DNA of 44,450 nucleotides from a virus. Its lineage: Duplodnaviria; Caudoviricetes. The DNA lies in IMG/VR virus record IMGVR_UViG_3300032216_001173, positions 1 through 44,450 of that record; one strand, given 5' to 3'. Under the pieces are notes generated by a model. It made no database searches, was not told the origin of the DNA, and saw only the letters and a program-made list of their open reading frames with translations. The translations under genes and the position numbers were made by a program. Below are positions 9,251 to 19,700 of the stretch, piece by piece; within the stretch, counting starts at the first letter, position 1, and the number at the start of each line of letters is the position of its first letter.

Positions 9251-10113
9251 TGCTGCAGTATTGGGGGAATAGTTATGGGTTTGGTTATATAATTGTTGAT
9301 GCCGACGCGCAGGCGTGGGTCACGGCGGTAGAGGGCGCATCCGGCGACAACCAGCCGCTGGAGGATGCCATCAAGCGGGCCGTGGATACCTACGTTCAGG
9401 CCCTGAAAACAAACAGCATCTGGACTTCAGCGGCTCAGCTTCTGCTGCCATGCGGGCCGCGAACATTGGCTGGGGCATTGAGGCCGTTGAAAGGTGCGGC
9501 GCCAACGAATGGAAACGGATCGGCGGGCGCAACACAATTCACATCTGACAACTACAGCCGCAAGAATGGGTTAGGCAAAACATCAAATGCTAGTGCCTAT
9601 CTAAACAACAATGTTGCTACAAACTCAGTTAGCGCAACAAGTCACGCATTATTTGCGTATGGCGCCATAAACGCAAGCTCGGGAGATAGTGTTATATGCG
9701 GCAGGTTTAATGGCGCTACCGGAGACACTCTTATTGTCCTAGATGAGTGGTCTGTCTACGTTTCCGGGCGTGCTTTTAGAAGTGGCACCTTTACAAATGG
9801 GCCGCTGGAGTTTCCGCTGATTACGGCAACCGCAGCGGTAACATGCATGGTAGGTAGCCGAACAAGTTCGTCTAGCGCCGCGCTTTACGTGGATGGAACC
9901 ACAGCCACAAACGCAACTAACCGCACTCTTACTTTGTCTACTCAAAACTTTTATACTTTTGCATATAATAACAACAACGCCAGCGCCACTGGTTTTTCCT
10001 CTGCCATCCTCCAGGCCACAGGCATTTTCTCCACCGGGCTAAATGCTACCCAAGCTGCTGCGCTGCGTTCGGCAACTGCCACCTACGTCGCTGCTATCAA
10101 CGCCGCCTTCTAA
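9250..10113 (+). CDS. Putative virion adhesion/lectin-like protein
   Basis: Coupled to upstream gene; Asn/Ser/Thr-rich beta-type C-terminus (ALYVDG); visibly more AT-rich. Confidence 0.6.
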   Translation: MLQYWGNSYGFGYIIVDADAQAWVTAVEGASGDNQPLEDAIKRAVDTYVQALKTNSIWTSAAQLLLPCGPRTLAGALRPLKGAAPTNGNGSAGATQFTSDNYSRKNGLGKTSNASAYLNNNVATNSVSATSHALFAYGAINASSGDSVICGRFNGATGDTLIVLDEWSVYVSGRAFRSGTFTNGPLEFPLITATAAVTCMVGSRTSSSSAALYVDGTTATNATNRTLTLSTQNFYTFAYNNNNASATGFSSAILQATGIFSTGLNATQAAALRSATATYVAAINAAF

Positions 10114-10116
10114 CTC

Positions 10117-10632
10117 ATGAAACTCCTCTATGACCTCACCAGCGATCTACTTGTTCCCTACCCCCGCACCGACAATGAGCCGGTGGTCGGGCTGGATCCG
10201 GCTTACCTGGAGCTGGATCTCATCCAAGTTGATCAGCCCAAGTACGACCCCACCACCCAACGACTGGAGCCAACCGAAACGATCGACCTTGATGCCAGCA
10301 CCGTAACCCGTGGCTGGAAGCTGATCAAGCTACCTGTGCCACCACCACCGCCACCCACCCCCGACTGGGCCACGTTCAAAGTCACGGCGCTGAGCAGCGA
10401 TTCCCTGAACACAATCCTGGCCGATGCCTTCCAGATTGCTCCGGTTGCTGCCGCCTCACTGGCACCTGCTCTGCTGCGAGCTGAGTACGCAGGCCCCACT
10501 GATTTTGCCGCTGCATGGTCAGTCATTTGCGCTGCGGTACCGGTGGCGCCTGATGTGATCAGTGGGTTCCAGCAGGTGGCGATGGACTGCCATCTGCCAG
10601 ATGAGTTCATCGCTGCACTCTCGCCAGAATGA
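10117..10632 (+). CDS. Hypothetical protein (fibre-associated/assembly-like)
   Basis: YPRTDNEPVVGLDP, QPKYDPTTQRL, poly-Pro linker; follows fibre genes. Confidence 0.7.
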   Translation: MKLLYDLTSDLLVPYPRTDNEPVVGLDPAYLELDLIQVDQPKYDPTTQRLEPTETIDLDASTVTRGWKLIKLPVPPPPPPTPDWATFKVTALSSDSLNTILADAFQIAPVAAASLAPALLRAEYAGPTDFAAAWSVICAAVPVAPDVISGFQQVAMDCHLPDEFIAALSPE

Positions 10633-10784
10633 ACTATCCCCCGGCGACTGCCATGCCTCCTGAAGATGTATCTCATCGCGACATCTATGTGCGCCTGGCC
10701 GAGCTGGGGGCAAAGATTGATTCAATCCTGGCGATAGGGCCGCAGGTGGCCAAGCCTGCCGGGCTCCAAGAGCTGACGCCATGA
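10629..10784 (+). CDS. Short ORF (51 aa), possibly a truncated gene
   Basis: Not in ORF track; ATGA overlap; MNYPPATAMPPEDVSHRDIYVRLAELGAKIDSILAIGPQVAKPAGLQELTP. Confidence 0.45.
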   Translation: MNYPPATAMPPEDVSHRDIYVRLAELGAKIDSILAIGPQVAKPAGLQELTP

Positions 10785-10839
10785 CGGCCCTAGCGGGGGC
10801 GGCAAATGTGGCGTTGGGCGTGGCATTGCAGGAGAAACC

Positions 10840-11259
10840 ATGACAATGAGCAAGTCAGAGCGGATCCTGGCGGCCATCGTGACCGCGATCACCCCCACCA
10901 GTGGCATCAGCTCAAGGGTGTTTCGTGACCGCTGGGAAGCCGTCGCCCGCAATGAAATGCCCTGCCTGGTGGTGGAGCCGCTGGGCGAAGAGCCCGGCCA
11001 GACCTCAATCCCCTTTACCGATTACACCATCACCGTGTCGGTGGACATCCTGATCAATGGCTCACCGCTGAGCGCCCTAGCCGATCCGATCCGAGTTGAT
11101 GCCCATGCCCGCCTGATGGCTGACCGCACCCTCGGCGGCTTGACCCACTCAGTTGACCCAGGCCCCATTGAGTGGAAGGGCGAGCCAGGAGAGATCGGCA
11201 TCCTTAGCCTGAGTTATCGGATTCCGTTCCGCACCCTGACTGAAGACCTGACCCGATGA
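10840..11259 (+). CDS. Tail terminator/completion protein (gpU-like)
   Basis: SKSERILAAI, RVFRDR, LMADRTLGGL; GGAG RBS; precedes tail tube. Confidence 0.8.
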   Translation: MTMSKSERILAAIVTAITPTSGISSRVFRDRWEAVARNEMPCLVVEPLGEEPGQTSIPFTDYTITVSVDILINGSPLSALADPIRVDAHARLMADRTLGGLTHSVDPGPIEWKGEPGEIGILSLSYRIPFRTLTEDLTR

Positions 11260-11435
11260 CAGTTCCTAGCCTGAGTGCAGACAAAGAGTTTGATCTGGGG
11301 ATGGGCGGTGAATACCTGCTTAATCCCAAGACCAACAAGCGGACCCTGATCACCCGCACCGCTCCCGCTCCCACACCTACCGAGCTGCCCGATGCCATTC
11401 CTGACGCGCAAGCGGACAATTCTGATCAAGGCTGA
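11256..11435 (+). CDS. Small hypothetical protein upstream of tail tube
   Basis: 59-aa ORF not in track, ATGA overlap; GMGGEYLLNPKTNKRTLITRT. Confidence 0.55.
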   Translation: MTVPSLSADKEFDLGMGGEYLLNPKTNKRTLITRTAPAPTPTELPDAIPDAQADNSDQG

Positions 11436-12327
11436 GACCGTCTCCGGCACGGATTCGGTACCGACCGGAGCAACTGATGCCCTGACCGTCCGAAGCATTG
11501 ACGTGTCGCCGATTGACGCGGACGTGGTGAGCCGTGACTTGATTCGCCCCTACCTGGGCAACAGCACCCAGCTGCTGGCCAACATCAAAGTGCAGTGCAA
11601 CTTTGAGGTGGAACTGGCCGGCAGTGGCACCGCTGGCACCGCTCCCCGTTGGGGTCCCGCCATGCTGGCCTGCGGGACTGCCGCCACCACCGTGGCATCA
11701 ACGAGCGTCACCTACGCCCCGGTCAGCTCCAGCTTCTCCAGCGCCACCGTCTACTACTTCGCCGACGGCATCAAACATGCCGTGACCGGCTGGCGCGGCA
11801 CCTTTGAGATCAAAGGTGAGCTGGGCCAGATCCCCACGATCTCCTTCACCGGTACAGGCGTCTATAGCACCCCCACCGATACGGCTGTGGGGGCTGTGAC
11901 CTATGGCGCCCAGGCCGATCCGTTGATCTTTACCAGCGGCAACACCACGGCGTTCAGTCTGTTTGGTCACTCCGGTTGCCTGTCGTCGTTCTCGTTCGCC
12001 ATAAACAACGAGATCCAATATCGCGAGCTGATCGGCTGCACCAAAGAAGTGCTCATCACCGACCGCAAGCCCAGCGGCCAGGTGATGATTGAGTCTGTGC
12101 CGATCGCCACCAAGGATTATTTCAGCATCGCCACTGGCACCACCACTGGCAACCTGACCCTGACCCACGGCACCACCGCTGGGAACCGTGCGGTGTTCAC
12201 CGGCGCCCAAACCGACATCACCAACCCCAGCTATGGCGACATGAACGGGGTGATCATGCTGAATCTCCCCTGCGTGTTCCTGCCCACTACGGCCGGCAAC
12301 AACGAGTTCTCGCTGGCCCTGACCTGA
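11392..12327 (+). CDS. Major tail (tube) protein
   Basis: 311 aa; LTRKRTILIKAE, IRPYLG, EVELAGSGTAGTAP, ITDRKPSG; synteny. Confidence 0.85.
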   Translation: MPFLTRKRTILIKAETVSGTDSVPTGATDALTVRSIDVSPIDADVVSRDLIRPYLGNSTQLLANIKVQCNFEVELAGSGTAGTAPRWGPAMLACGTAATTVASTSVTYAPVSSSFSSATVYYFADGIKHAVTGWRGTFEIKGELGQIPTISFTGTGVYSTPTDTAVGAVTYGAQADPLIFTSGNTTAFSLFGHSGCLSSFSFAINNEIQYRELIGCTKEVLITDRKPSGQVMIESVPIATKDYFSIATGTTTGNLTLTHGTTAGNRAVFTGAQTDITNPSYGDMNGVIMLNLPCVFLPTTAGNNEFSLALT

Positions 12328-12363
12328 TCAGGCTCCCGAGCCTGAACCACTGCATCACCACCC

Positions 12364-12711
12364 ATGCCCCTCCAGCTCCGCAGCCAATCCCCCAGCTACC
12401 GCTGGCCCGTCGTCGTTGAGTTCCCCGTTGACGGCGGGAAGTTCGACAAGGAAACCTTCGACGCCGAGTTCAAGCGGCTTCCACAGGATCGCCTGCGCGA
12501 GATCGGGGAGAAGATCGAAGGCGGCACCATCTCTGATCTTGAGCTGCTGGATCAGGTGCTGACCGGCTGGGCCGGCATCCTTGACGAAGCTGGCGACGAT
12601 GTGCCTTTCTCTGAGGTCAGCCGTCAAAAGATTTTGAACGTCCCCCTGGTGGCCTCCGCCATCGTGGCCTCTTGGCTGGAGTCGCTGGCGAAGGGTAAGC
12701 GAAAAAACTGA
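12364..12711 (+). CDS. Tail assembly chaperone (gpG-like)
   Basis: Between tube and tape measure; ends KRKN at a slippery site. Confidence 0.85.
   Translation: MPLQLRSQSPSYRWPVVVEFPVDGGKFDKETFDAEFKRLPQDRLREIGEKIEGGTISDLELLDQVLTGWAGILDEAGDDVPFSEVSRQKILNVPLVASAIVASWLESLAKGKRKN
12702..12708 (+). other. -1 programmed ribosomal frameshift heptamer A AAA AAC
   Basis: CGA AAA AAC TGA; the -1 frame (CTG ATC GAG GCC...) is open into ORF 12732-13031. Confidence 0.85.
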
Positions 12712-12731
12712 TCGAGGCCGCCGAACTCTGG

Positions 12732-13031
12732 GTGACCGGCGGCCGACAGGATGGACCAGACCCAGCGGAAGCGGCAGCGCTGGGGGTGATCGTGCCCGAG
12801 CCTGAACTGCAGATCTTTGACATTCACCCTGAGGCCGAAAAGGGTATCCGAATGTTTCTGCAGGTTTGCACTCAATGGCGCGTCAGCGATGGCCAGCGGA
12901 TCGGCTTGGATTATGCCGTCGTGCTGGCTCTTCTTAGCCTGGAGCAAGAGCCGAACCCGACTGAAGTTCTGGAGGATGTGCGGGTGATGGAAGACGCAGC
13001 ACTGGCAAAACTGGCGGAGCTTGCAGCCTGA
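12732..13031 (+). CDS. Tail chaperone gpT-like (DUF1799-like), probably made as a G-T frameshift fusion
   Basis: FLQVCTQWRV...GLDY...VMEDAAL. Confidence 0.8.
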   Translation: MTGGRQDGPDPAEAAALGVIVPEPELQIFDIHPEAEKGIRMFLQVCTQWRVSDGQRIGLDYAVVLALLSLEQEPNPTEVLEDVRVMEDAALAKLAELAA

Positions 13032-16000
13032 TGGCCAACCTTGACGCGCTGCTGCGAATCAAGGCCGACGTTCAGGGTGCCAATGGCATCGTTGCGCTGA
13101 ATCGTCAACTGCAGGGCGTTGAGCGCACGGCGGCTGGGGCGAGTGTGGCCATGCGGGGCATGGCTGGATCATCGGCCCTGCTGACAAGCTCCCTAGGGGC
13201 CTTGGCTCCACTGCTCAGCGCTGCTGGATTGGTGGGCCTGGTGAAAGGCGCCATCGATGCGGGCGACGCGATGAACGACCTGAGCCAGCGCACCGGCGTG
13301 AGCGTCGAGGCCCTGGCGAAGTTCAAGAAGGCAGCAGCCACTAGCGGCACTGACATTGACAACGTGGCCAAGAGCCTGGGCCGGCTCAGTAAGGGCATGT
13401 TTGAGGCGGCCACCACCGGCAAGGGGAAGGCAGCCGATGCACTAAATGTCCTGGGGATTAGCGCCAAGGACGCGGCCGGCAACATCAAAAGCGCCGATGC
13501 GGTGACCCTGGAGATCGCCAACCGCTTCAAGGCCATGCCGGACGGCGTGACCAAGACGGCCCTGGCGATGGCCCTGTTCGGCAAGAGCGGCGCCGAAATG
13601 ATCCCGATGCTCAATATGGGCGGTGCTGCGATCGATTCGCTCAGCGTCAAAATGACCAAGGCCTTTGCGCAGAAGGCCGACGAGTACAAAGACAAGCTGG
13701 CGATCCTCAGCGGCAAGGTTGGCGCGCTTGGCGCTGATCTGGCGGTTGCTCTATTACCCGCTCTGAACGCCGTCACAGATGCTGTGACGGCTGGGGTGAC
13801 GGCATTCAACTCAATGCCTGGCGTTCTCCAGTCGGCAACACTTTCAGCAGCAACCCTGGCCCTGGCATGGGGCCCACTGACTGGGCTGATGGGAACCCTG
13901 GCTAAGGCCACGGTGCCACTGGTGGCCAATGCCATGGCCAACCTTGCGCTGCAGACCGCATTGGCTGGCAGCACCCTGCCGCCGCTGTCGGCTGGCCTGG
14001 CAATGGTCGAAGGCGCGATGCTGGCTATCCCCGGATGGGGCTGGGCGCTGGCTGGTGTCGCCGCGCTGACGAGTCTGACGGCCTATGTCTATTCCACCAA
14101 CGAGGCCTTTCGGGATTTCGTGGCCAACTTGGGCGACGTGATTAGCGGAGATTTCAGGCGGTCCATGGAGGCAATGGGCAACTTCGCGGCCGGGGCGGGG
14201 AGATTCATCAGCGATAAGTGGGGCGAGCTGGTCAAGAACGCGCAGTGGGCCGGCGGCAAGATTGCAGAGGCCTTTGCGGGCCGCTTCGGGTTCATCGCTG
14301 ACATTGCCCGCGAAACCATGGGCTGGGTGTCTCAGCACATCTCGGGCATGATCAATGCCATTCCCAAGCCCATCCGGGACAAGCTCGGGATCGCGCTGGG
14401 CAATGCCGTCGCCGGGGCCATGCCCCTGGTCTCCTACCCAGTCACCTCTGTTGGTCGTGCGCTGTCCATGGGCCCCAGGCCTGATGCAGCTCAGAGTGGC
14501 GGCGGCGGCGGTGGCGGCGTTGCCGCGCCAGCCATGGGAGCGCTGAACATGGGTGGTGGTGGGAAGACTGGCGGCGGCAGTGGCGGAGCTAAGGCACAAG
14601 TCGGCCAGATTATTGAATACCTCACCGGAGACCGGAGCTCTGGAAGTTATCGGGCTGACCACGGCGGCAGCAATTATCACGATCACCTAGCGTTCGCCAG
14701 CACCGCGCAGCGGGATGCGGCCATGAAGGAATTGCGGGCCGCTGGTATTCACATTGGGTCCGTCAACGATGGAAGACACGCAAGGAACAGTTATCACTAT
14801 TCCGGCCAGGCCTTTGACGTCCCTGGCGGGCAAGTTCCGGTTGGCCAGGAAGCTGGCCTGTCTGCGTTGGTGCGCAAGGTGCTGTCTGGCGCCGGGTTTG
14901 TGGGCAAAGGAATCGGCAAGGCTGCTGGCTATTCCGATGAACTGGCCGGCCTGCGAGTGCAGGGGGAGGATAAGGCCGTAGAAGCCGCCAAGAAGGCCAA
15001 GGAAGAAGCCAAGCGCAAGGAAGAAGAGGACAAGCGGAGAAAGGAGCAGATCGCTAGGCAACTGTCCTCTGCACGCGATTTGCTGACCAGCAATGAAGCG
15101 GCGCTACGGGTGGCAGAGGCGACCACGCCCCTCGGCAAGTTGAGCGCCGAGTATGACCAGCAGCGGGCAAGGCGGATGGGCGAATACGCCGATTTACTGA
15201 GGGCTGCCCTTAGCGATGAGGAGCGCCGGGCGTTGATCACCAGCCAGCAAAAGGCCATTGGGGCCGCCGAGGTTGCATATAAGAAAGAGCTCAAGCAGCT
15301 CACAGAAGATCAGCTCAAAACCGAGCAAGAGCGGGCCAGCCTGGCCATTGATGCCGAGCGCGAGCGTGCCCAGGCCCTCCAGGAATCGCTCAGCTACATG
15401 CAGGAACTCAGCAGCCGCGACAGCATCGGCGCAGGCTTCCAGCAGGGCATCCAAAGCTATGTCGATTCAATCGGCAATATGCGCGATGCCGTTGGGCAGT
15501 TGACCACTGACACCATCGGCGGGCTGAGCAATGCGCTGGGTGAGTTGGCCACCACCGGCACGGTCAAGTTCCGTGAGTTTGCCGTGTCTGTCCTGAAGGA
15601 CACGGGCGCAATGATCATGAAACAGCTGGTGCTGAAGACGATCATGAGCGCGATCGGTGGCATCGGCGGCGGGGCTGGCAGGGCTTTCGAGATGCCAGGC
15701 GCTGGATTCTTTGGCGGCGGCGGCGGAGGTGTTGACTTTGGCCAGGCAATGGGTATGCCAGGCCTAGGCTCTGTGTTGAACACTCCCACTCTGTTCAAGT
15801 TTGCCAAGGGTGGCACCTTCAACACCGGGATCATGGGCGAGGCCGGCCCCGAGGCGATCATGCCCCTGCGCCGTGGGCGCGACGGGAAGTTGGGCGTAGC
15901 TGCTGCCTACCCCGCTATTCCCGGCATCCCCAGCGGTGGCGCTGGTGGCGGCATGGATGGATCCCTTGATGTGCTGGGCGCCGCTGGTGGGGTGATGCCT

Positions 16001-16288
16001 GGCTCCAGCAGTAGCTCTACCAGCAGGTTTGAGCGCACCGATGCGGTGCTGACACGAATGGTTGAGGCGGCCAAGCAGGGCTCCGTCGCCACGGCTGCTG
16101 CCGCAGTTGCGGCCGGTGGTGGCGGGACAACTCGGGTGCAGCTGGAGACCACCCGGATCAACAACGTTGAGTACGTCACCCTGGAGCAGGCTCAGGGCAT
16201 TGCCAACGCCGCCGCCAATCGCTCGACAGCACGGGAGCGCCGGTCGCTGCAGAGCAGCCCAGCAGCACGCAGGAGCGTGGGGGTCTGA
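13031..16288 (+). CDS. Tape measure protein
   Basis: 1085 aa; DLSQRTGVSVEAL, ALFGKSGAEMIPML, coiled-coil region, lambda H-like C-terminus FAKGG...GEAGPEAIMPL. Confidence 0.93.
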   Translation: MANLDALLRIKADVQGANGIVALNRQLQGVERTAAGASVAMRGMAGSSALLTSSLGALAPLLSAAGLVGLVKGAIDAGDAMNDLSQRTGVSVEALAKFKKAAATSGTDIDNVAKSLGRLSKGMFEAATTGKGKAADALNVLGISAKDAAGNIKSADAVTLEIANRFKAMPDGVTKTALAMALFGKSGAEMIPMLNMGGAAIDSLSVKMTKAFAQKADEYKDKLAILSGKVGALGADLAVALLPALNAVTDAVTAGVTAFNSMPGVLQSATLSAATLALAWGPLTGLMGTLAKATVPLVANAMANLALQTALAGSTLPPLSAGLAMVEGAMLAIPGWGWALAGVAALTSLTAYVYSTNEAFRDFVANLGDVISGDFRRSMEAMGNFAAGAGRFISDKWGELVKNAQWAGGKIAEAFAGRFGFIADIARETMGWVSQHISGMINAIPKPIRDKLGIALGNAVAGAMPLVSYPVTSVGRALSMGPRPDAAQSGGGGGGGVAAPAMGALNMGGGGKTGGGSGGAKAQVGQIIEYLTGDRSSGSYRADHGGSNYHDHLAFASTAQRDAAMKELRAAGIHIGSVNDGRHARNSYHYSGQAFDVPGGQVPVGQEAGLSALVRKVLSGAGFVGKGIGKAAGYSDELAGLRVQGEDKAVEAAKKAKEEAKRKEEEDKRRKEQIARQLSSARDLLTSNEAALRVAEATTPLGKLSAEYDQQRARRMGEYADLLRAALSDEERRALITSQQKAIGAAEVAYKKELKQLTEDQLKTEQERASLAIDAERERAQALQESLSYMQELSSRDSIGAGFQQGIQSYVDSIGNMRDAVGQLTTDTIGGLSNALGELATTGTVKFREFAVSVLKDTGAMIMKQLVLKTIMSAIGGIGGGAGRAFEMPGAGFFGGGGGGVDFGQAMGMPGLGSVLNTPTLFKFAKGGTFNTGIMGEAGPEAIMPLRRGRDGKLGVAAAYPAIPGIPSGGAGGGMDGSLDVLGAAGGVMPGSSSSSTSRFERTDAVLTRMVEAAKQGSVATAAAAVAAGGGGTTRVQLETTRINNVEYVTLEQAQGIANAAANRSTARERRSLQSSPAARRSVGV

Positions 16289-16761
16289 TGGATCACGACA
16301 TTGCCGAGGGTGTTTATTGCCAGTTCGTCACCCGTGATGGTGCGCCTACGGGGTATGCGTTTCAGCAGTTCCACATTGGGCAGGTCCGAACCTATGACGG
16401 TGTGTCCTATCTGTTTGGCGGATTTCAGTACACCGGTGCCACGGTTGATTTGGGCTTCCCAAACGCAGAGGCGCTGCTGGTGTTTCAGGCCAATGTGTTG
16501 GGCCTGAACATCTGGAAACAGGCGGCCGATGATTTGTGGGTCGCCAAGGTGCGCACGGTCTGGCTGGATCCCGCCACATTGAATGAGACCGCCGTGCAGA
16601 TGATTGATACCTACGCTGTGACTGGGTTCAGCCATGACGAACAGCAGGTAAGCGTGATGCTGGGCAGTCCATTAGATGCCATCGGCGGTGATTGGCCCCG
16701 GCGAGTGCTGACGCAAGCCATGGTCGGCGCTCTGCCGCCTAGTGCTGATGTGAGGTTCTGA
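16288..16761 (+). CDS. Tail-tip protein (gpL-like position)
   Basis: Follows TMP; C-terminal LGSPLDAIGGDWPRRVL. Confidence 0.65.
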   Translation: MDHDIAEGVYCQFVTRDGAPTGYAFQQFHIGQVRTYDGVSYLFGGFQYTGATVDLGFPNAEALLVFQANVLGLNIWKQAADDLWVAKVRTVWLDPATLNETAVQMIDTYAVTGFSHDEQQVSVMLGSPLDAIGGDWPRRVLTQAMVGALPPSADVRF

Positions 16762-19700
16762 TGCTCGGGAAACGCCATGCCAGGTTGCTGCTGCCGATTG
16801 ATCACCAGATCATCGAGGCGGTCGGCTTCACTGAGGCCGAATACCTGGAGTATCTGCAGCTGCAGGAGCAGCTGAGCCGGACTCGGCCGGCTGGGCCGGT
16901 GGCGTTGTTCGGCATTGACGATGCCATCTTGATCGGCATCGCGATCAACATCGCCCTGACCGCCGCCGCCTACCTGCTCACCCCACGGCTCAAAAGTTCT
17001 CCGGGCTCACCTGGTCAACTGCGCCAAAATGACCAGCGCGGCTTGCGACTGGTAGATCGCGCCGAGTTTGCCCCAAAAGCTGGCATCAGCAGTAGCCAGG
17101 ATGTTGTTGAGCTGGGCTCCACGGTGCCGGTGGTATGGACGAACCGAGAGACGATTGATGGTGTGACCTATGGCGGAGTCAGGGTGAACTGCCCGTTGTT
17201 GTGGAGTCAGATGGTCAGCCTCGGCGGCTCCCAGATGTTGCGGGCCGTCTATCTGCTGGGCGAGGCGCCGATCACTGGGGTTGACCCGACCCAGTTCGCG
17301 TTTGGCGAGAACCTGCTGAGCAGCTACGACCTAGGCAGTGCTGGTGATGCCAGCGCACGGGTCACCATTTATCACCGGCCCAACGGCGGCAGGATTCGCG
17401 CCACTGATCGGATCGCCGGCCGCCTCGCTGCCAATGACCCAGGCAACGCCGAGGCCAATGGTGCCGCCGATGTTTTCCAGGTGAGGGGCTTGAACAACGA
17501 GTGGGTGCCCGCCACCTGCTACAGCTATAGCCCAAGCAGCCAGACCACGTTTGGCCTGTATGCCCCGATCGGCAATGGCCTCGGGTTCAGGCTTAACCCA
17601 GTGCTGCGGTCAGCTCGGACTCTCAGTATTGTCCAGGCCCCAACAAAGAGCCAGCGGGACGACGGCTACTCAATGATCGAGTGCAGCCCCGACCCATCGG
17701 CGGTGGTGCAGCGCATGAAGAACGACGCCAATAACGACAGCAGGGGATACCTATCTGCGCATCGCCGCGCCGGGGCAACGATCACCATCACCGGCACAGC
17801 AGTCGCCCTGCAGGTAGGTGATGAGGTTGACTACCTGCTGGATAAAGCAACATCCGCCGAAGACTATTACGAGAGTCGTAAATACAGGGAACCAAAGGGC
17901 GACATCGCCTCGGCTGTTGCTGGTCGTCAGCGTCAGTGGGACGACTCAATTGTTGTGGGCGAAAGCTACCGCATCGGCTCAGCCATGGCCGTCTGTAAGT
18001 CGCGCACCCCATCGGACGACATTTTCCGATCTGATGTTCAAAGCCAGCCGGTAGGCGGCGGCGTTTCAATCACGGCCACTTTTGCAATCGTTACTGCTGG
18101 CGCGACTGAGTTCCCCGGCACCAGGAACGGCAAGTGCGGATCCGATGCGCCTCACATCATGCGGATGGCCAGGGCCACCATTGCGGTGCCACAACCTGCG
18201 CAGGTGATCGAGATCGGCGGCAAATCGACGGTGGGTATCAGGGTCTCGGGGTTCTGCAACCTAAAAGATGCCCCGAGCTACACCCAGATTGACCTCAATG
18301 CCTGCGACATTTATGACAAGCAGCTGTTGGCGCCTAACCAGATCCTTGATGCCACATCGTTTCAGAGTGGGACTATCACGCAGATCGAAACCCGGTACAG
18401 CTTCTGGCGCCTGCGCTACCGGATCGCTGGGAGTTCGGCCGCCTGGTCCCAGTTCCCCCAGTTGATGGGCGTAGCTGGATCCACGCAACAACAGCAATAT
18501 TGGTTCAATCGGATTGAGTTCCCATCTCGTCAGCGCTGGGAGGTGGAGTATCAGCCGGTGAGCGGCTGGGAGATCCGCAGTGGCACTGCTACGGGCGATC
18601 TGGTGGTGATTGATGCCAGGCTTTCCAGCCTGCTGACCCTGACCGATGGCACCGCCGTTGTGCGCGTCCCTGGCAGCTTCCTGCCCCGGCAGCAATCGAA
18701 GTTTCAGATACCCTGCACCATCCCGGCCGCCGGGAATATCGGAATCCCCTATGTCGACGACAGCAACATCGTGGACGGCTGGGGGCGGCTGGCTGAGCAG
18801 TTTGTCTACGAGGAGTTCAGCGCCAGCACCAGCAGCCCTGAGCATGAGATCGTCTACGTGAACGTGATTGACATCGCGCCAACGACCCCCAGTTACGACA
18901 ACCTGGCGCTGGTGGCAGTCAACATCCGCAGCGGCTCGGAAGCCACCACGCTGGGCCAGTTCTCGGCCTATGTGAACCAGGCCATGGCCGCCTCGCACAG
19001 CTTCCCTGACCTGCTGGCGGCGGGCCTGACGAATGAGCGCTATGGGGTCGGCTCAATTCTTTCCCCGCTCCAGGTGGGCACGACTTCGTTCGTAGCTGCC
19101 GCAACCTGGACCCGGAACCGCCGTTACTTCTGGGATGGCACGCTGCCCAAGCCGGTGAACTTCCGACAGTGGGGCAACGACACGGCGGCCTTATTCCTGC
19201 TTGACCTGGTGACGCGCAATGGGGTCAGCTACCTGCAACCGGCGGTGCTGTTTGATGAGGCCGAGCAGATCACCGGCATCTTCAACAGCGGCAACATCGT
19301 TGAAGAATCCTTCAAGCTGTCTTATTTCCCCCAGCAGGACCGGCAGCGGATCAGGGTCAGCGTGAAATGGCGAGAGGAGCGGGCGGCCGTTGGGGATGGC
19401 AGCAATCGTGGATTGTTCCCAGTGATCCGCGAGGTGACCGTCAGAGAGGCCGGCACCAGCGCAACCGCGCCAATCGAATCAATCGACATGAGCGACTTCT
19501 GCACCTCAGAGCGCCATGCCATTGATGTGGCCAAGCTGAAGTGTCGACTCAAGCGGCTCTCCACTCATCAGGTGGATCTGACCACCATTCCCCAACAGGC
19601 CACGCTCGTCCCTGGCCGCTGCTTCCGGCTGGCGATGGAGACGGTCAGCTATGCCAAGCCCAGGAATGGCGCAATCCTGGCTGATGGAACGGTCCTGGCC

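Noticed and set aside
7577-10113. Diversity-generating retroelement suggested by the Mtd_N-like domain
   Set aside because: No reverse transcriptase ORF and no TR/VR repeat pair differing at adenines was seen
11205-11213. TAGCCTGAG inside the tail-terminator gene (similar coding hit near 12935) as promoters
   Set aside because: Within coding sequence and not at the 12/26-nt spacing from a start; not counted as support for the motif family
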